Made by a program: the position numbers and the translations under genes | Part shown: positions 35,959-50,758 of the stretch, one piece after another | How the letters are laid out: every line of letters starts with the position of its first letter | Position numbering within the stretch: the first letter of the stretch is position 1 | Notes under the pieces: generated by a model | Told to the model about the DNA's origin: nothing | Databases searched by the model: none | What the model saw: only the letters and a program-made list of their open reading frames with translations | NCBI RefSeq assembly: GCF_006345805.1 | Contig: NC_043004.1 | Coordinates: forward strand, 29,078,001-29,142,000 | Direction: 5' to 3' | Source: Octopus sinensis | Taxonomy: Eukaryota | DNA length: 64,000 bases

Positions 35959-36840
35959 CTTTAGATTATCGTTAAGACAAGGTTTGAGAGCAATTCTCTT
36001 CTGGTTGTTGCTTCGTATTTCATACTCTCTACTACAGCTGGCGCGACAGCGCATGTCTGCATGGGCGTGCCACTGTGTGTATGTGTGTGTGTGTGCGTAT
36101 GTATTTTATATTTTCTCACTATATAATTCAATGTATTTAATGTATCTTTCTTATTGTGTTTGGATCTGCATTTATTGTTTTCTTTTAACTATTTAATTTT
36201 GCATTAGGGCGTTTAAAAAAATTGTCAGTTGATTCAGCATAGAAACTTTATCGACATCAATTTCTTGAAATAAAGAAATGACAGAATTATGAACCACATC
36301 TCCATAAACACTGTTTTCAATACTCTAAACAACAATTTCTCGCGCCGTCTTGAATTTTAAAGAAAGAAAATTAAAGCTGGAATGCCTTTTTCAAGCAAGT
36401 GATAGCATACATTTGACGCAAAATGAAACTCAAGCTTATATGCTCTATGGCACCCTATTTTTAACATTTTACCGCAAGGATATTACCATAATGATATTGC
36501 TTTAATGACGTTCATAGTAATCACTTGGAAATATAATAAAATGTAAATTAATTATGACTTTTATTAGATTTTTAAACTACGTGACTTATTGTGTAAATGT
36601 AAATGAATCGATTTCGTTTTTCTGTACGAATACTATTTCAATTTAAATGAGATTTCTCAAAAAGAAAACTGTAATGATGAAAAAAAGACTTATTGGTCAA
36701 GATACAATTTTCTTTTATTAGAAAGGCACTTCATATTTCTTTGATTTTTGTACACGGAGAAGTTGAGTGCCAGTAAACCTTTTCATTGTTGTCTAGAATT
36801 AATTTACTGACACATGAAGCGCTGTCATCTATTTAGCATT

Positions 36841-36895
<55 letters not shown>
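36841..36895. repeat. (ACT)n microsatellite
   Basis: Direct inspection. Confidence 0.95.
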
Positions 36896-36897
<2 letters not shown>

Positions 36898-37726
36898 GCG
36901 CAGTCACTGAATCTCCACACCCATTTTCAAAAGTTTTTGTATTGCATCACATCCTTGAAATAGTATTTTTTTGTACAATATTAAAAAGGAAGAGTGGTGT
37001 TTATACTTAACAGACAAGAGAACATCATGTTGCGATAATATTCCGTTAGATTACACAATAACTAAAATAGATAAAAATTAAAGCATTATGATCTCTGCAA
37101 ATATCCACATGCATAACAGAAAGAAAAATGACACTAAGTTTAGTGTCACTACACAGCTGGTATCGTTTTTCATAAGATAGTATCACTGTATTTGAATGTA
37201 CACACAATTTTGAAAGTTGTAAAGTTAGTAGTAATTTGTCACTTCAAACCCGATCGAATATAGATGAAAGTGTACAAATGTACCATGTTTCTCTAATTGA
37301 AGCGCGTTTAAACTTTTAAAACCAAAGGTCAGTCAATAGGTTTGAAATTGGCCAACTTCCATTATAACCACTGAATCATATTAAAAATTATTGGTGCATT
37401 TCGTTACACAGCAACTTGAATAGTTGAAATTCCTAAGAAAATGACAAAGAATTCAGAAAATTATTCATATTTAGCTCGTGAAAGATGCAATTAATGTATG
37501 AAAGATATATTCATAGTGTATTGTTGTCTGGATACAAATTAATATTGTTCTTTTACAAAGCAGCCCTGCGTTATTGTATGAAAACAGAAGAGACATTATT
37601 TTGATATATTTCTGTTACGAACTGGATTTTATTTTGTATGGATTGTCTGTTATAATGTAAAGCTTAGTATATCCCTTACCCACCTGCTTTGGAATACATT
37701 CCTTGATACATTAAAAAAAGAAACTA

Positions 37727-37759
<33 letters not shown>

Positions 37760-37974
37760 ACACACACACAACACACACACACACACACACTCACACACAC
37801 ACACATTCATTCATTCTTTTTTGAAACTTGGATAATGCTAAAGAGTAATACACCAGCGCTCAACTACAGCAACAGCTGTAAGTTAATGAAGTTCATGATA
37901 TAAATTTCTTATCCCCTTCTTATATATAAATGTGTTTCTGTGTGCATTATATATAAGTATATTTTATATATATA

Positions 37975-38029
<55 letters not shown>

Positions 38030-38033
38030 CATA

Positions 38034-38440
38034 CAGGGTGTTCAGGCTAAATCTGACAGTTTGCATAAAGGGAAAGAAAATACAATATCGTAAATAAAAA
38101 ATAAAAGCATTTTAAAAAATCAGAAAATGTCAACTAGATTATGGCTGGGAGATAGCAATTTACTCAAAGTAACCCAGCTTCCACTATGGCCTCAAGGTGG
38201 CTCCGGAACCTGGCCTATGCGTTCCTCACTGTGTCTTGAGCTTGCTCACCACCTCGGCTTCTGCGTTGTAGGCAGAGTGGTTGATGTCTTTCTCAGTTGC
38301 TCCCCAAACAGTAATCGGGGAAATTAGGAAGCCAGATATTGGGGGCTGGTGAAGTCGAAGAAATTTTCCGACAACCACTTCTGACTCTTTCTGGAGGCAT
38401 GGCAACGAACCGAATTTTGCTACTACGCACATGACAAATC
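38034..38440 (-). mobile_element. Tc1/mariner (maT/DD37D-like) transposase 3' remnant with TIR
   Basis: ta|CAGGGTGTTCAGG terminus. The reverse complement encodes QKWLSENFFDFTSP.NIWLPNFPD..WGATEKDINHSAYN..ARFRSHLEAIVEAG.YFE*. Confidence 0.85.
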
Positions 38441-38639
38441 ATCTACAATAGATGAACATTCTATAGAAGACAAACTGCAATACTATATTATTGGAGAAGT
38501 TGATGATAACTTAATACAGAAGAAAACAATTGCCATTAAGCAGAATAGCTTGCAAAATGAATGGTAGGAATGCAGTGGTTGATCGTGTAACCATACTAAA
38601 TGACAATGTATCAATGTATAGAATAACTAGCTAGTTTTT

Positions 38640-39400
38640 ACAGGACTGGAGAGATGTTATGTTGTTTTTGTGGTACAAGGGAAAAGGTACCAAATTAAAG
38701 TTTGGTAACGTTCATCGTATTTACCTACCTGTAACTGTTAGTAAGATTTTCATCAGACTTCAATTGATCTCTCTGCAGATACATGCGCATGCTGCATAGT
38801 TGTCTTAGAGTCTGAAGGCGGATATAAACTTGAGTATCACAAATGTGATCTTTAATGTCAGACAGTTGCAAAAGAAGTGCATTGAGTAGAGAATCCCTCT
38901 TTACCAAGTTTTCACTGACGTTACAAGAGCGGATAATACGGAGAAATGCATTGTGAGAAAGAGAATCTCGGGAAAGTTGGAAAATTGGTATGTTTGCGTT
39001 TGCTTGTTAATATATTCAACTACATACTGCTATGAAAACCTACTTCAACTCAAATGACGCTCTATATCAACCCATATTTATAAACAACTGTGTCGAACAG
39101 GGAATATACCTGCGCTAACTTTCAAGTTGCAATTCCTCCTGCATTTAAGAGCTATGATCTAGGCATCTCTGACCGTTATCGCACAACGCGTAAACTGCTT
39201 AATCTGAATCGTTTCAAAACTAATTCTAAGATTAATTCCCTAGTTCGTGATTTGTTGTATACTGACGATTGTGATCTTATAGCTCAATCGGAAAAAAGAT
39301 GGTCAGAAAGTAATTAACCTCCTCTCCAGAGTCTGTACTGAATATGGATTTTCAATAACTTTGAATATAAGTTACCTGTTCCTGTAGAGCCATATTTGGA
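38640..39400 (+). mobile_element. Degraded RTE-clade LINE RT fragment
   Basis: QDWRD..YKGKG, RQLQ.KCIE.RIPL and YRTT.KLLNLNRFK..VRDLLYTDDCDL. Confidence 0.75.
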
Positions 39401-39419
39401 ACCAAATATATATATCTAC

Positions 39420-39635
39420 TCTATAAAGTCTGGGCCAAAACCCAGACATGATATAGCGGATTATATTGTGTACCTTGGTACACACACTCATCTATAATAT
39501 CTAGATAGAAGCAGACAGATATACAAAATCTACCCATGAGGCTTTTGTGGACCCGAGGCTTTAGTAGAAGACACTTGCCCAAGGTGCCGCGCAGTGGGAC
39601 TGAACCCTGAACCATCTAGTTGGGAAGGAAGCTTC
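39420..39635 (-). mobile_element. tRNA/CORE SINE 5' part
   Basis: agaagacacttgcccaaggtgccgcgcagtgggactgaacc, homologous to 58880-58981. Confidence 0.8.
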
Positions 39636-40892
39636 AAACGTGACTCAAACAGCATTTGGTTTTTTCTTTTTCTTTTAGTCGACTATATCAACTCTATTAC
39701 TTATTTCGATATATAATTGTTGGATCAATATATTACAATACATCATGAGATAACATGAGCTACTCCGAATTTTGAGCTGGTGTAAACGTACACACCACAC
39801 ACACATAAACACACGCACACATGTGCGCGGCTAACACGGACACATATACACATATAAACACGCACGCACTCCATGGGCTTCCGAAAGTTTCCTTTTGACA
39901 AGTTTCACTTGCAAAGCGTCGGTCTGTCCAGTAAGCAACCCAGTGAGATTAAACTGAAAACAAGTGGTTACGAACAGAATTTCATAACTTATATTCGTCA
40001 TAGATTAGTTTATACCCTGAATGTAAGTCGTTAAGCCTGTGTGATTATATTTAACTATGTTTCTACAGGTTAATGAGTGATAGAGCTCAAACCTCTCCAG
40101 TTTGTTGACTACAGGTAAATCTTCAGTTAGAGGACGTAAGTTAGTTCATTTATTCATTCTTCAGCAAGCATAGCTTCACCTTAGAATTACATTTTAGAAG
40201 TTTCGGAGGCATAGTTCATTATCATTTTTAGTGCATTTTCTTATCCAATTCATTCATAACTATCTCTCTTCTTCATTGATGACACGTTGATGCAATTTTT
40301 TTTTAGGTATCATTTGATCTGATATTGAAAATATTCTCGTTGGAGTTAAACTAAACTTGACTTATCCGATAGTATAACAAGAATAACGCAACATTAAAAA
40401 ATTGAACAAGACATGTTTGGTTGCATTTAGCACAAGACAATGGCTTTAATATTTAATACAATAATGCTGTTGAATATTTTTCCATTTAGCTCAATAATAT
40501 TCGATTGTGAAGCTAAATACAATGTCTGAATAAAAATAACTAAGTTAGCATCTCATTCTATTAATTGTTAATTTTGTAATGGCAGATGAAGAAGCTTTAT
40601 TGCTAATTAAAATCATTCAATATTAGATGAGTAAATCATATTTTGGATATTTCAAAGCAAAATCCAGGAATAATTATATCGGCATTTCTTTAAAAGAAAA
40701 CAATAATTATTTCAGTGAATTTGTGCAGCAAATACTGGAACAGTTGTTACTTGATTTTTTTTCTCTTTATTTCAAATGCCTGTTTTTGTGCATATTTGTT
40801 ATTTGTGTATGTACCTATGATAGCCAGTACACACACTCACACACACATTTTTTTAATGTCTGTGTGTGTATGTGTATATAAGTGTGTATGCA

Positions 40893-40935
<43 letters not shown>

Positions 40936-41019
40936 GGGGGAGAATTCACAAAAAAAAGACGAAGACAAGTGGTGTACAAAACAAACAGATGTATTAGTAT
41001 AACGCTCGAGAAGTGAAAA

Positions 41020-41110
41020 AGTCTTTAACGTTTCAAGCCTACGCTCTTCCACAGAAAGGGACACAGAGAGAAAATAAAGAATGTGTAGTGGCTAGCGATC
41101 TATCATGGCG
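41020..41110 (-). mobile_element. Penelope-type terminal repeat copy with hammerhead-like topology
   Basis: Reverse complement: CTTT-CTGTGGA-A-GAGC-gtag-GCTT-GAAA-CG-TT-AAAG (41058-41023). Homologous to 163-256. Confidence 0.6.
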
Positions 41111-42039
41111 ATATATATATATATATACGCACACACACACTCACAGACATACACACACAGTCACACACGCATGTTTATATGTGTACGTGCACGCGTGCGT
41201 GGGTGTGAAAAGCTGAGGGCTCTTGAATCGTAATTCCAAATTTCATATTTTCGATTCTTCTAAGTCACGTCACAAACGGGAAAAACCAACTCTGAGTAAC
41301 AACTCACTCCAATTCATATGTTATATTAACTTATTTAAAACTATTGTTTCAGGGTTTTCGATTTATTGCAGTTTAAGAATTTGAACCAACAATCACTTGT
41401 CTGTTTGTCTGTCTCTCTAGCTAGCTATCTGTCGCTTTTCTGTATGTCTATCTGTGTATCTATCTATTTTTCTATAAACATATGTATGCGTGCATGCATG
41501 TATGTAGGCGTAAAGAAATGCTTGGTACTGGGAGCGTCTCTGTTTATAAGTACTGACTTTATAATCAGTCAAAAATTTGGCTTGTCTCGATCAAGTGTCC
41601 GGATATTAGGCTAGTGAAGGCAGGACAGGTCATTCATAGAGCATCGAGCCGATAAATGTGAGAGGTTAATAGTTTGCTACTTAATAGCTGTGATATTCTG
41701 ACAGGACAATCTGTGTCTTGAAGAGTCTGGAGAAATGTAAAGGCTAATCACCGAAACATTTGATAATAAATTGCTAGAGAAAAAAATAATGCTGTAAGTT
41801 AGAATGTTGGTTAGGATCCCTCTCCCTTCATCTCCTTCTTTTATCTCACTTGTTCATCTTATTCTCTCCCTCCTTCTCTTTCTCTATCACGCTCACTTTT
41901 TTATACAAATTGACACTAAAACATAATGCATGCACGTATGTATGTATGTATGTATGTATGTATGTATGTATGTATGTATGTATGTATGTATGTATGTATG
42001 TTTGTATGTATGTATTTCGTATGTTTAAATGTATGATAT

Positions 42040-42107
<68 letters not shown>

Positions 42108-42132
42108 ATATATATATATTACGAAGATGTAC

Positions 42133-42320
42133 TTGCATAGCAAGTGATTTGATCTGATATCGTGTGCTGAAACGAAAACAATTGCAGCGTGGAAGGTGTT
42201 TGTAAGCCATTTAAGAAAAACACAAAAGCCGTTCGATTCACTTCAACATTTAAGTCTAATTTGTCAAAATATTTTCGTCGCTTTAAGACCGCGACCTGTT
42301 CACTGACAAAAATCCGTGCT
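42133..42320 (+). repeat. Dispersed repeat family, copy 2 (other copy 1750-1950)
   Basis: Colinear similarity over about 190 bp. Confidence 0.85.
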
Positions 42321-42601
42321 AAGAATGTGTAGTGTTTTGTCTGTTCCGCTTGGACAATTAAAGAGAGAAGTGGAAGCGGGACAAACAAATCAAGAACAAC
42401 GCGCATTCCGCTGACTAGCTCTATATTACCTTGAGATACTGTGATCAAATTCTATTTTGTTTGACTTATGTTTGCTCAAGTTCTTAGACTACGGAAACCA
42501 CAGCTATCAAAACAAAACACTTGCATCTAGTTGACTGTACAGACGTTTTATGTTAAAATAAATGCAGCGAATGTGAAAAGTCACCGAGATATTCAATCTT
42601 C

Positions 42602-42638
<37 letters not shown>

Positions 42639-42663
42639 GTCTCTCTCTCTGTCCCTCTCTATC

Positions 42664-42714
<51 letters not shown>

Positions 42715-42876
42715 CCTATCTATCTATCTCTCTGTCTATCTGCCTGTTTGTCTATCTATCTATCTATCTATATACATAAATATATATATATTATATATAT
42801 ATATATATGTATGTATATATACATACAGACATATATATACATACATATATATACATATATATATATACAAATATAT

Positions 42877-42915
<39 letters not shown>

Positions 42916-42933
42916 TATATATATATATATATA

Positions 42934-42988
<55 letters not shown>

Positions 42989-43199
42989 CAATCTATGAAT
43001 GTGTGTATGCGTATTCTCTCTCTGTAAAATGCATGTATATATATACCTTGACGCACGGTCGCACATACATACGCCTCTAAATGTCAGTTGTACGCATAAA
43101 AAATTGTGCGTTATCTTTGTATATGTCGCTGTATGCATATACTTATGTATGTAAGTGTTATTTTTAAAAAATTTATTTTCTTAATGGAGTTCAAACCAG

Positions 43200-45420
43200 T
43201 CGCTAATAAAGTGACTGAGGAATCTCAAAAGAAGAATATTCGAATTGTTTTCACTGTGCTGATTATAGGCTGAACTTGGAAGATACGCGATTGTTTCTTT
43301 TGCTCTTTCTTAGAAAATCCTAATATTTCTAGTTCCTTGTGCAAATCTGTAGTTGCATAGCCTACTGCTTCTATGATGAGAGTTACAAATGAAAATTTAT
43401 TACCTAGGTAAAATAGCTGTGTGTGTCCTACTGGTTCACCATAAATGTTCTTTTTACCTTCTTTTCTGAACTTTTGCTGCATTAGCAACTCATTGTTGTT
43501 ACTACTGGAATATTCCACCAGTGTTCCTTATTTTTAAAGGTGTAAATACATTTTGTTTCAGATATGCCTTTCATGTACCTTTTTGTTTCCGATATGCCTT
43601 TCGTCCTGCGGATAACATTGTAAATATTTTTTGCAACCGTATCGGATCTAAAGGCTAAGTAGTATCTAACAGACATTTTGGGCAGGCAGTTGTGGGTGAT
43701 ATCTTCTACATCCGTAAAATATAACCGAAATTTTCTGTCGCAAAGTGGAGGTTTAATGTCATCTTTGTCTCCCTGGTTCATCAAGTATGTAGTAGTCATC
43801 ATCCACTCCTAAAACCGAAGTCATATCCTTTTAAATGGGATGTAATGTATCTACCGTAAGTCCACGAAAGGTTACTCTGCCCACCAATGTTGTTGTTATC
43901 CTCTAGCTTGCGAAATATGTACCTATGTAACGTGTTCTTTTGGTATGATGCGTGGTTCTCTTCCAAACTTCTGTTTAAGTAGGTCAGCCTAGCTTCCTTT
44001 GGGGACTTCAGACAGTAGTAAACTCAAAATACCAGCTCAGAAGTTATTCCTCTACTCTGAAGATGTTCTCACTTTTCAGTACGCATGTAAGTCTTTCTTT
44101 ACTGTTAAGCAGGTGTTTGGGTGATACAATGCGACATTCAAAGGCTGTTTGAGCCGAACATATGCATCTACCACCAACTTTTCGTCTTACACAGAACCTA
44201 TCGGTCTCGTTGTTGACGCAGAAGTTACCAGTAGCGGTAAGTCTCTTTCTAGTTTTGATGTCCAGGCAGCAGTTCTTATCTAGTGTTGAATCTATCATCC
44301 CAAATGTAGGTACTAGCTCTACCATTGAAAAAAATATTATGCTGTATGACCTTGTTAAATACAGATAGCTCTGAGTTCTATATTTTCCGGATTCTCTTGA
44401 AGTAATCTTTTGTTGCATTGGCGCAATCATAGCACCAATGTATGAAACATTTTCATGAATTCCGAGATACTTATAGTATTCATCATTGGAGACCGGAGAG
44501 ATAGATAAGCCATTGATAGTCATTTCTCTGTGTTGCAGTCAGTCAATGTTTGCTTGGTTGACTATCATGTACGAATGTTTATCTTGCTGAAACTCCATTT
44601 CTACGCCTCGTGAGAAAGTTGGGGCAAATTCTTAAAGAATATAACTTTAGGGTTAGCAACAAAAAATGTGTGGGTGATTTTACTTTTATTCTTTCCTGCA
44701 TATCCCAACATGTAGCTTTGGCATTTCGTCAACAGGGTTAAGGTGGGGCTCACACTACCAAAACTAACAACATTACTATTACCCTGGGATATTCTCGTTC
44801 GTAACCTAGTTCCGTTTATGACTATAGGCTTAGAGTTAGATTGTTAGTGATAACTGTGTAGACTATGCTGTGGCCAGTTTTTCAGTGTTATCAACTATAG
44901 AGCTTAATTTTCTATCAAGATGTAGTGATTCTAGTGTAGATTAGTGATGGACAGAGTAAAACGTCTTCTTGCAGTCTAGTCATGTTGTTAAGAGATTACT
45001 GCGATGTTGCGCGGCTTCCTTGAGGAAAACTTTATTGAGGAGGAGCTATGCAACACAGCCGTGGACTACTTTCTTTTCACCAACTTGTTTATCTATTATC
45101 ACACTATTTGTTTGGCAGTGGTTTAGGAAAAGCACAAACAACATTTGTACAATTTATACATAACATTTAAACATGCTGTGGATCCGTAGCTTTTGGCCAC
45201 ATGGGTCTCTTTGTTTGTGACGCTTTTAGTCTGTGCAATCGTCAACCAGTCTGGTATGTCTAGCTCAGCGTCCATTGTATTTTTAAACAAGCTCATTAGA
45301 GTTCACTTGTTGAATAACAACTTTTTGGACCAATAGTATATTATCTGATCTCACCCAAGTGAATTTCCGTTCGGTATTTTCATAATAACTGGCAGGAGGG
45401 TTTCTCTAGTGATGTTATAT
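43200..45420 (-). mobile_element. Degraded R4-clade RLE LINE (second subfamily)
   Basis: YYKYLGIHENV, LDIKTRKRLT.TGNF, RKVGGR, VEDITH.CLPKMSVRYYL, EHWWNIP and IIEAVGY. RT motifs continue to about 45400. Confidence 0.8.
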
Positions 45421-45739
45421 ATTTTACACAGTACTCACTTCGTAGTTCATTTAACCATGCCGCATCGCGATTCTGTGCCTAGTTTTCGTCACAGATGAAC
45501 GTACAAATGTATGTATGTATGTATGTATGTATGTATGTATGTATGTGTGTGTATGTATGTATGTGTGTGTGTATGTATGTAAGTATGCATGCATGTTTAT
45601 ATGTATGTATGTGTGTGCGCGAGTGTGTATTTATGTATGTATGCATATATGTATGTATACGTGCAGATTTGTATATTTTGTTTTGTTTATGTCTCCTCAT
45701 GCATATAGTTGCATATGTAGACATGCTCATATATACTTA

Positions 45740-46085
45740 AATGGTAAACTTCTGGAAAGTCTTACAGATTTTTACAGTTCCAGTGATGGCTTCGATCTGT
45801 AGACTTCGAATCAGCTTTCTCCTTTCTGGTTTTGAGAAGTCTAATTTCTCAAGATTGGTGTTTAGGCAGTGTTACATATCCCAGTGCCTCAATAATTACA
45901 GTGTATAAGCCTGAAATTGTAATCTGGATAGAATAACTGCAGATTTCTCAATAGATCAGCGTAGGCATTCTCTTTTTCACTGATCTTTCAGCTTTATGTC
46001 AACATCCGCTGGGCAGCTGATGTCCAGAACTATACACAGTTTCTCTTCTCTGTCGCAAATCATTGTATCGGGTCTATTGTGTTTA
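45740..46085 (-). mobile_element. R4-clade RLE domain 3' fragment
   Basis: HNRPDTMICDREEKLCIVLDISCPAD..EKENAY..LLRNLQLFYPDY..IIEALGY..GTVKICKTF. Confidence 0.8.
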
Positions 46086-47719
46086 TATTTTATTCAGGTT
46101 TTTACTGGGACATTCCAACAGTACTCCTTTTTATTATGAGTGGCTATGGCTTCTACTATACTGTGGGATCTGTCTGTCATATGTATATACGCACGCACAC
46201 ACTCACGTGCGTATGTATTTATTTACGTATGTATATATACATGCTCATTCGCTTTTTCTTTTTAATTTAGTGGAAACTTTGATTCGCCATCGATTTGGCA
46301 GCAAGGTTGTGAAGTAAAGTGTCTTGATTTAACCGTTATCAAATCCTAAGAAGGCCTTGCAGATATTTATAGTTCCAGATATCGTGATCATTTGTATCGT
46401 ACAAATTAAGGATTTGCATTCTCTATGTATGTATGTATGTATGTATGTATGTATGTATGTATGTATGTATGTATGTATGTATGTATGTATGTGTGTGTGT
46501 GCATGTATGTATGCGTGTGTGCATTATGTATGCATGTACGTATGCAGGTATGTACATGTGGTGTTTGGTCGTTTGTGGTTATTTTGAATGAAATGATGAT
46601 AGTGGCACGTTCTGATCGTGTGTTATGTTAAGTAGCAAAGGATCATGGGAAGGATATTATAATTGAAAAGAGGCAACAAGTTCTTCAAAATTCTAAACTA
46701 GACATAAAAGAATGAAGAGATGAAAAATTTTTCCTAAACAATTCAATTTTAGTTTACATGTATTAAAAAAAAGTGTATTTTATAAGACAAAATATGGATT
46801 TTCATGAGTTTTATAGTGATTATTAACTGGGAGTAATTGGAAATATCTGTGTTTATTTTAAAATAACAGGGTTTAGAAAGTGAAAGCTAATAAAAGACAA
46901 ATTTGATAATGAAAAAATATAAGTATAATAATAGTGGTACTCATCGCAACATTCATCATTATCACAAGTGAGCAGAGCTACACTGTGGTAGAGGAAGACA
47001 ATGTTTATCGATCGACCTAAATTTAACAGCAGCACTCGGCAGACAAACAAACACGATAAGAGGAATATAAAATGAATATACCGACGGGTTTTGTATAAAG
47101 CTAAAAGATTTCTTTACTAGTCATTTTAATATTTCATTTATTCAGAAGTATTGTTATCAATCAACTTAAGCAATTTCCCAGAAAATATATTTTAATAATT
47201 ATCTATTTATATCATATTATACCGTCATAAAATCGAAAAATAAAATACGATAAAATAATGCATATTATTTCATAATATTAGTATACATTAAGAAAAAATG
47301 AATTGCTATTTAAAACGAGACAGTGCGATGAAATACTATAGGACAGGTACAATGTCATTAATTTTCTTTATCTAGCAGAGGAGGAAGGCGTGTTCAGAGA
47401 TGAGTAGAAGAAGAATGGAAGGGAGAAACTACAACTCATACAAGAAACCTGATTATTTCCAACAGAGTGGACTTATGTTCTTAGCCCCAATGGCCAGTTT
47501 CCAAACTGCACAATATCTAGTACGGGTATCCGGTTACCTAAGTTTTCTTGTAGTGAAACACGAGTTTCCGTGCATATGAGATCGAAATAAAATGAGAGGG
47601 ATTCTTAAATACAAAGACTTGTTCACTGATTATGAAGAAAATATACGAACATACAGTGGAAACAGCATACATCAACATTTACATACATACGTACAGATGT
47701 ATGTATGTATGTATGTATG

Positions 47720-47751
<32 letters not shown>

Positions 47752-47937
47752 TGTATGTATGTATGTATATCTATATAATATATATATGTGTATGCATGTG
47801 TGTATGTATATATATACATGATATATATGTATGTTTGCATATATATATTATATACATGTGTATGTGTATATATAAATAATTTATATATATGTATGTATGT
47901 GTGTATAAATATAATATATATATATGTATGTATGTGT

Positions 47938-48011
<74 letters not shown>

Positions 48012-48385
48012 ATAATATTTTCTATATGTACTCCATAATGTACCATCAAAATCTACTAAAATGGTTCACGCAGCAAGAATAATATCTATTTCGCATCGGA
48101 ACAAATCGGAATTTTTCATGCTAAAAATCAGGGCTTGATTGAGAACGATCGGGTTTATAGTGGCATAGTAGCTCTCTATATCAAGTTGTAAGAATTTACT
48201 AGTTTATTAATTTCAAGAAGCTTGACCCATCCAACCACCTCTTGGGTATCAGACCAGAGGGCTAATCTAAGTTTAGACATAAGGCCGGGTATTAGCCTGT
48301 CACTGATACTTTTACTAATAATGCCTATATGTATGCATGTATGTATGTATGTATGTATGTATGCATGTATGTATGTGTATATATA

Positions 48386-48636
48386 TATCACGTGATCATT
48401 TGACCGACCAGGCTATCAGATGTTGTTATATATCGCTGTTCACAATGCACTTTTGCATTGTTTTAGCCTTCAAATGACGCCACCCGTGTGTAGGTGAGCA
48501 GGCGAACAATACACACTCATCGAAGGGGGACTGCAGCAATATGAAATGAAATGTTTTGCTCAAGAACACAACGCTCCGCCCACTCAGGGAATTGAACCTG
48601 TAATCTCTTGATTGTGAGTGCAACGCTCTAACCACT
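48386..48636 (-). mobile_element. SINE with CORE-like head and the tail of the 11493-11773 family
   Basis: The tail tatcacgtgatca..tgaccgaccag..atcagatg is shared with 11493. The head ttgctcaagaacacaacg...gaattgaacc...ctctaaccact matches the 9067 family. Confidence 0.7.
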
Positions 48637-48645
48637 ATATATATG

Positions 48646-48681
<36 letters not shown>

Positions 48682-49329
48682 TGAAGACACGTTTGTATGT
48701 ATGCATATCTTAGAAAGTTTATGGGGACATACTGAATTTTTTATTCGTATTTTATTTGTTTCATTCTAGCTTTTTTTCCCTGAATTTTCACTACAACCCA
48801 ACTCTGTTTAAAATATATAGTCTCGTAAAAGATTACGTTTTAAAAGATTTAGTTTTAAAATTTACGGTTGGCTGCGCACATTGAAATCGAGAAAATGAGA
48901 TTTAATATTGAAAATTGTTTTATTTATTTATTTACTTAGAATCATAATCTCCAATATGTCTTTGGTTTAGCGTTCTAAATGCAGAAAATGTTTGAAACAA
49001 ATACTGAACAGTTGTACTCAGTTGGCTTTTTGTTCATGTGTTGAACTATGTGTTTACGCATCAACAAAGGAATTTTATCAAAGCTTCTTTCTAACTGTAG
49101 CCACTCTGTTCCTTAATCCTTTATACTTAACCTAAACCCTTACCCATATCTCTAAAGTGTAACCTTAAAATTTAAAGTTCCACAAGACTAACCCTAAATC
49201 TAAATTTGTCTCTTCTAAACTAATATCACCTCTAATCCCTGATCTAAAGTTTAATTATTGCACATTAAAACCTAAATTCAACTTGCCCACAGCTTGAATA
49301 TTTCTCACTTCAGTTTGTCATAGTTCACT

Positions 49330-50690
49330 TCTTTTTATTCAATCCTGTTGTCACCAGGACATGCTATGTCAATGATCAGGCATGCTTTTTCTTTTCTTTT
49401 CACCATAACAATGTCAGGTTTCCGATGATAATCTGATGGTCATTGTAAATCATTGCATCCCACAAGACTTTGCAATCCTCATTCTCAATTATTCCTTTTG
49501 AGATTTGGTCACACCATGTTCTTGATCTTTCTAGGCCATGGTTTCTACAAAGCTCCTAATGGATCATCTTTACCACATTGTCATATCGCCTTTTGTATTT
49601 GGGTTGTGCCAATTTCGGGCTTTTATTAACGATGTGTCACACTGTTTTCCACCTCTCACCGCACATTCTGCATTTATCATACTCAGTTGTTTTATCAATT
49701 TTGCATTTCACATCAATTTGTCCTCAACACTTGTTTTTATGCCGCGCTTATAAATGCTTCTGTTTCTATTTTCAAGTCACTCCTCCGCATTTATAACCAC
49801 AGGCCATCTGCATCTGTCTTTGCGCTCGTATCTCTTTGCAAACTGACCGTGCATTTTCTTTCCCTTCCATGCCATTTCATTTTCCGTGTTGTTTTCTTTC
49901 CTCTTTAAAATTCTCTTTTTTAATATAATTATTAGTTTTGATGATAGAGAACTTTTTCACATACATCAAAATTGGTTCCACAGCACTTTTTACATACAAT
50001 CCCAAACTGTTTTCCTCTGATTCAGCACAATCCTGGCAACTGATCAAACCTCTCTCAACCTTTCTTCTGAACAAGTGCAATGTCAGTAGTTAGCATATTG
50101 TCTTATCCATACTCATGAGTTCATTCTTTTGCCAGTTTATGATTCCAGCTCCATAATTATGTGATGCTATCGCCCATGTATTTTCTGCTTGTATTTTATA
50201 CCATCCAGTCAATTCTGAACGCAGCAATTTCAATCGCAATCTTCAGAAATACTCTTTTTTCAGCTGTTCTTCCATTTTCTTCTCAATGATTTCTTTGAAC
50301 TCTACGTCAAGATACTTATAGCCTTCCTTTTCAATGTGTTTCATTACTTCCCTATTTGGTAATTGTATCCCTACCAGGGACTGTACCTTGCCTCTTTTCA
50401 GGTTGGTTATACCACACTTATTGAGTCTGAATTCAATCTCAATATCAGTACTACAAAATGGTCCGTATTGACCCGGGAACTCACTTGTATTTCACCCTTG
50501 CCATACAGCTTCAAATCACTCAGGAAGAGAAAGTTAATTTTTTTTAACTGATATCCCACGTTCTCTTTCCTCGGCACCAAGATCAGAGTGATCATGCAAA
50601 ATACTAAAAATAACGGACATATGCTATCTCCTTGGAAAATCACACTCTTGATGCCCACAGTACCCAAGCTTTGTTCGTACATGTCAACTT
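49330..50690 (-). mobile_element. Degraded R4/Dong-clade LINE
   Basis: IFQGDSICPLF, DLKLYGK, YKYL, MHGQF, RYDNV..IH.ELC and LWD..KPDIV. Confidence 0.8.
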
Positions 50691-50758
50691 AGCTTTCGAA
50701 TCCACCATACTTCTCTTCAGAAAGCATATTACATAGCTTGCAATTCCATATCAATTTT

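Noticed and set aside
40010-40030. ctgaAT|gtaagt could supply the AT of a split start codon for the BMI1-like gene
   Set aside because: No supporting acceptor or promoter, and it lies next to a decayed SINE. It cannot be distinguished from chance without transcript data.
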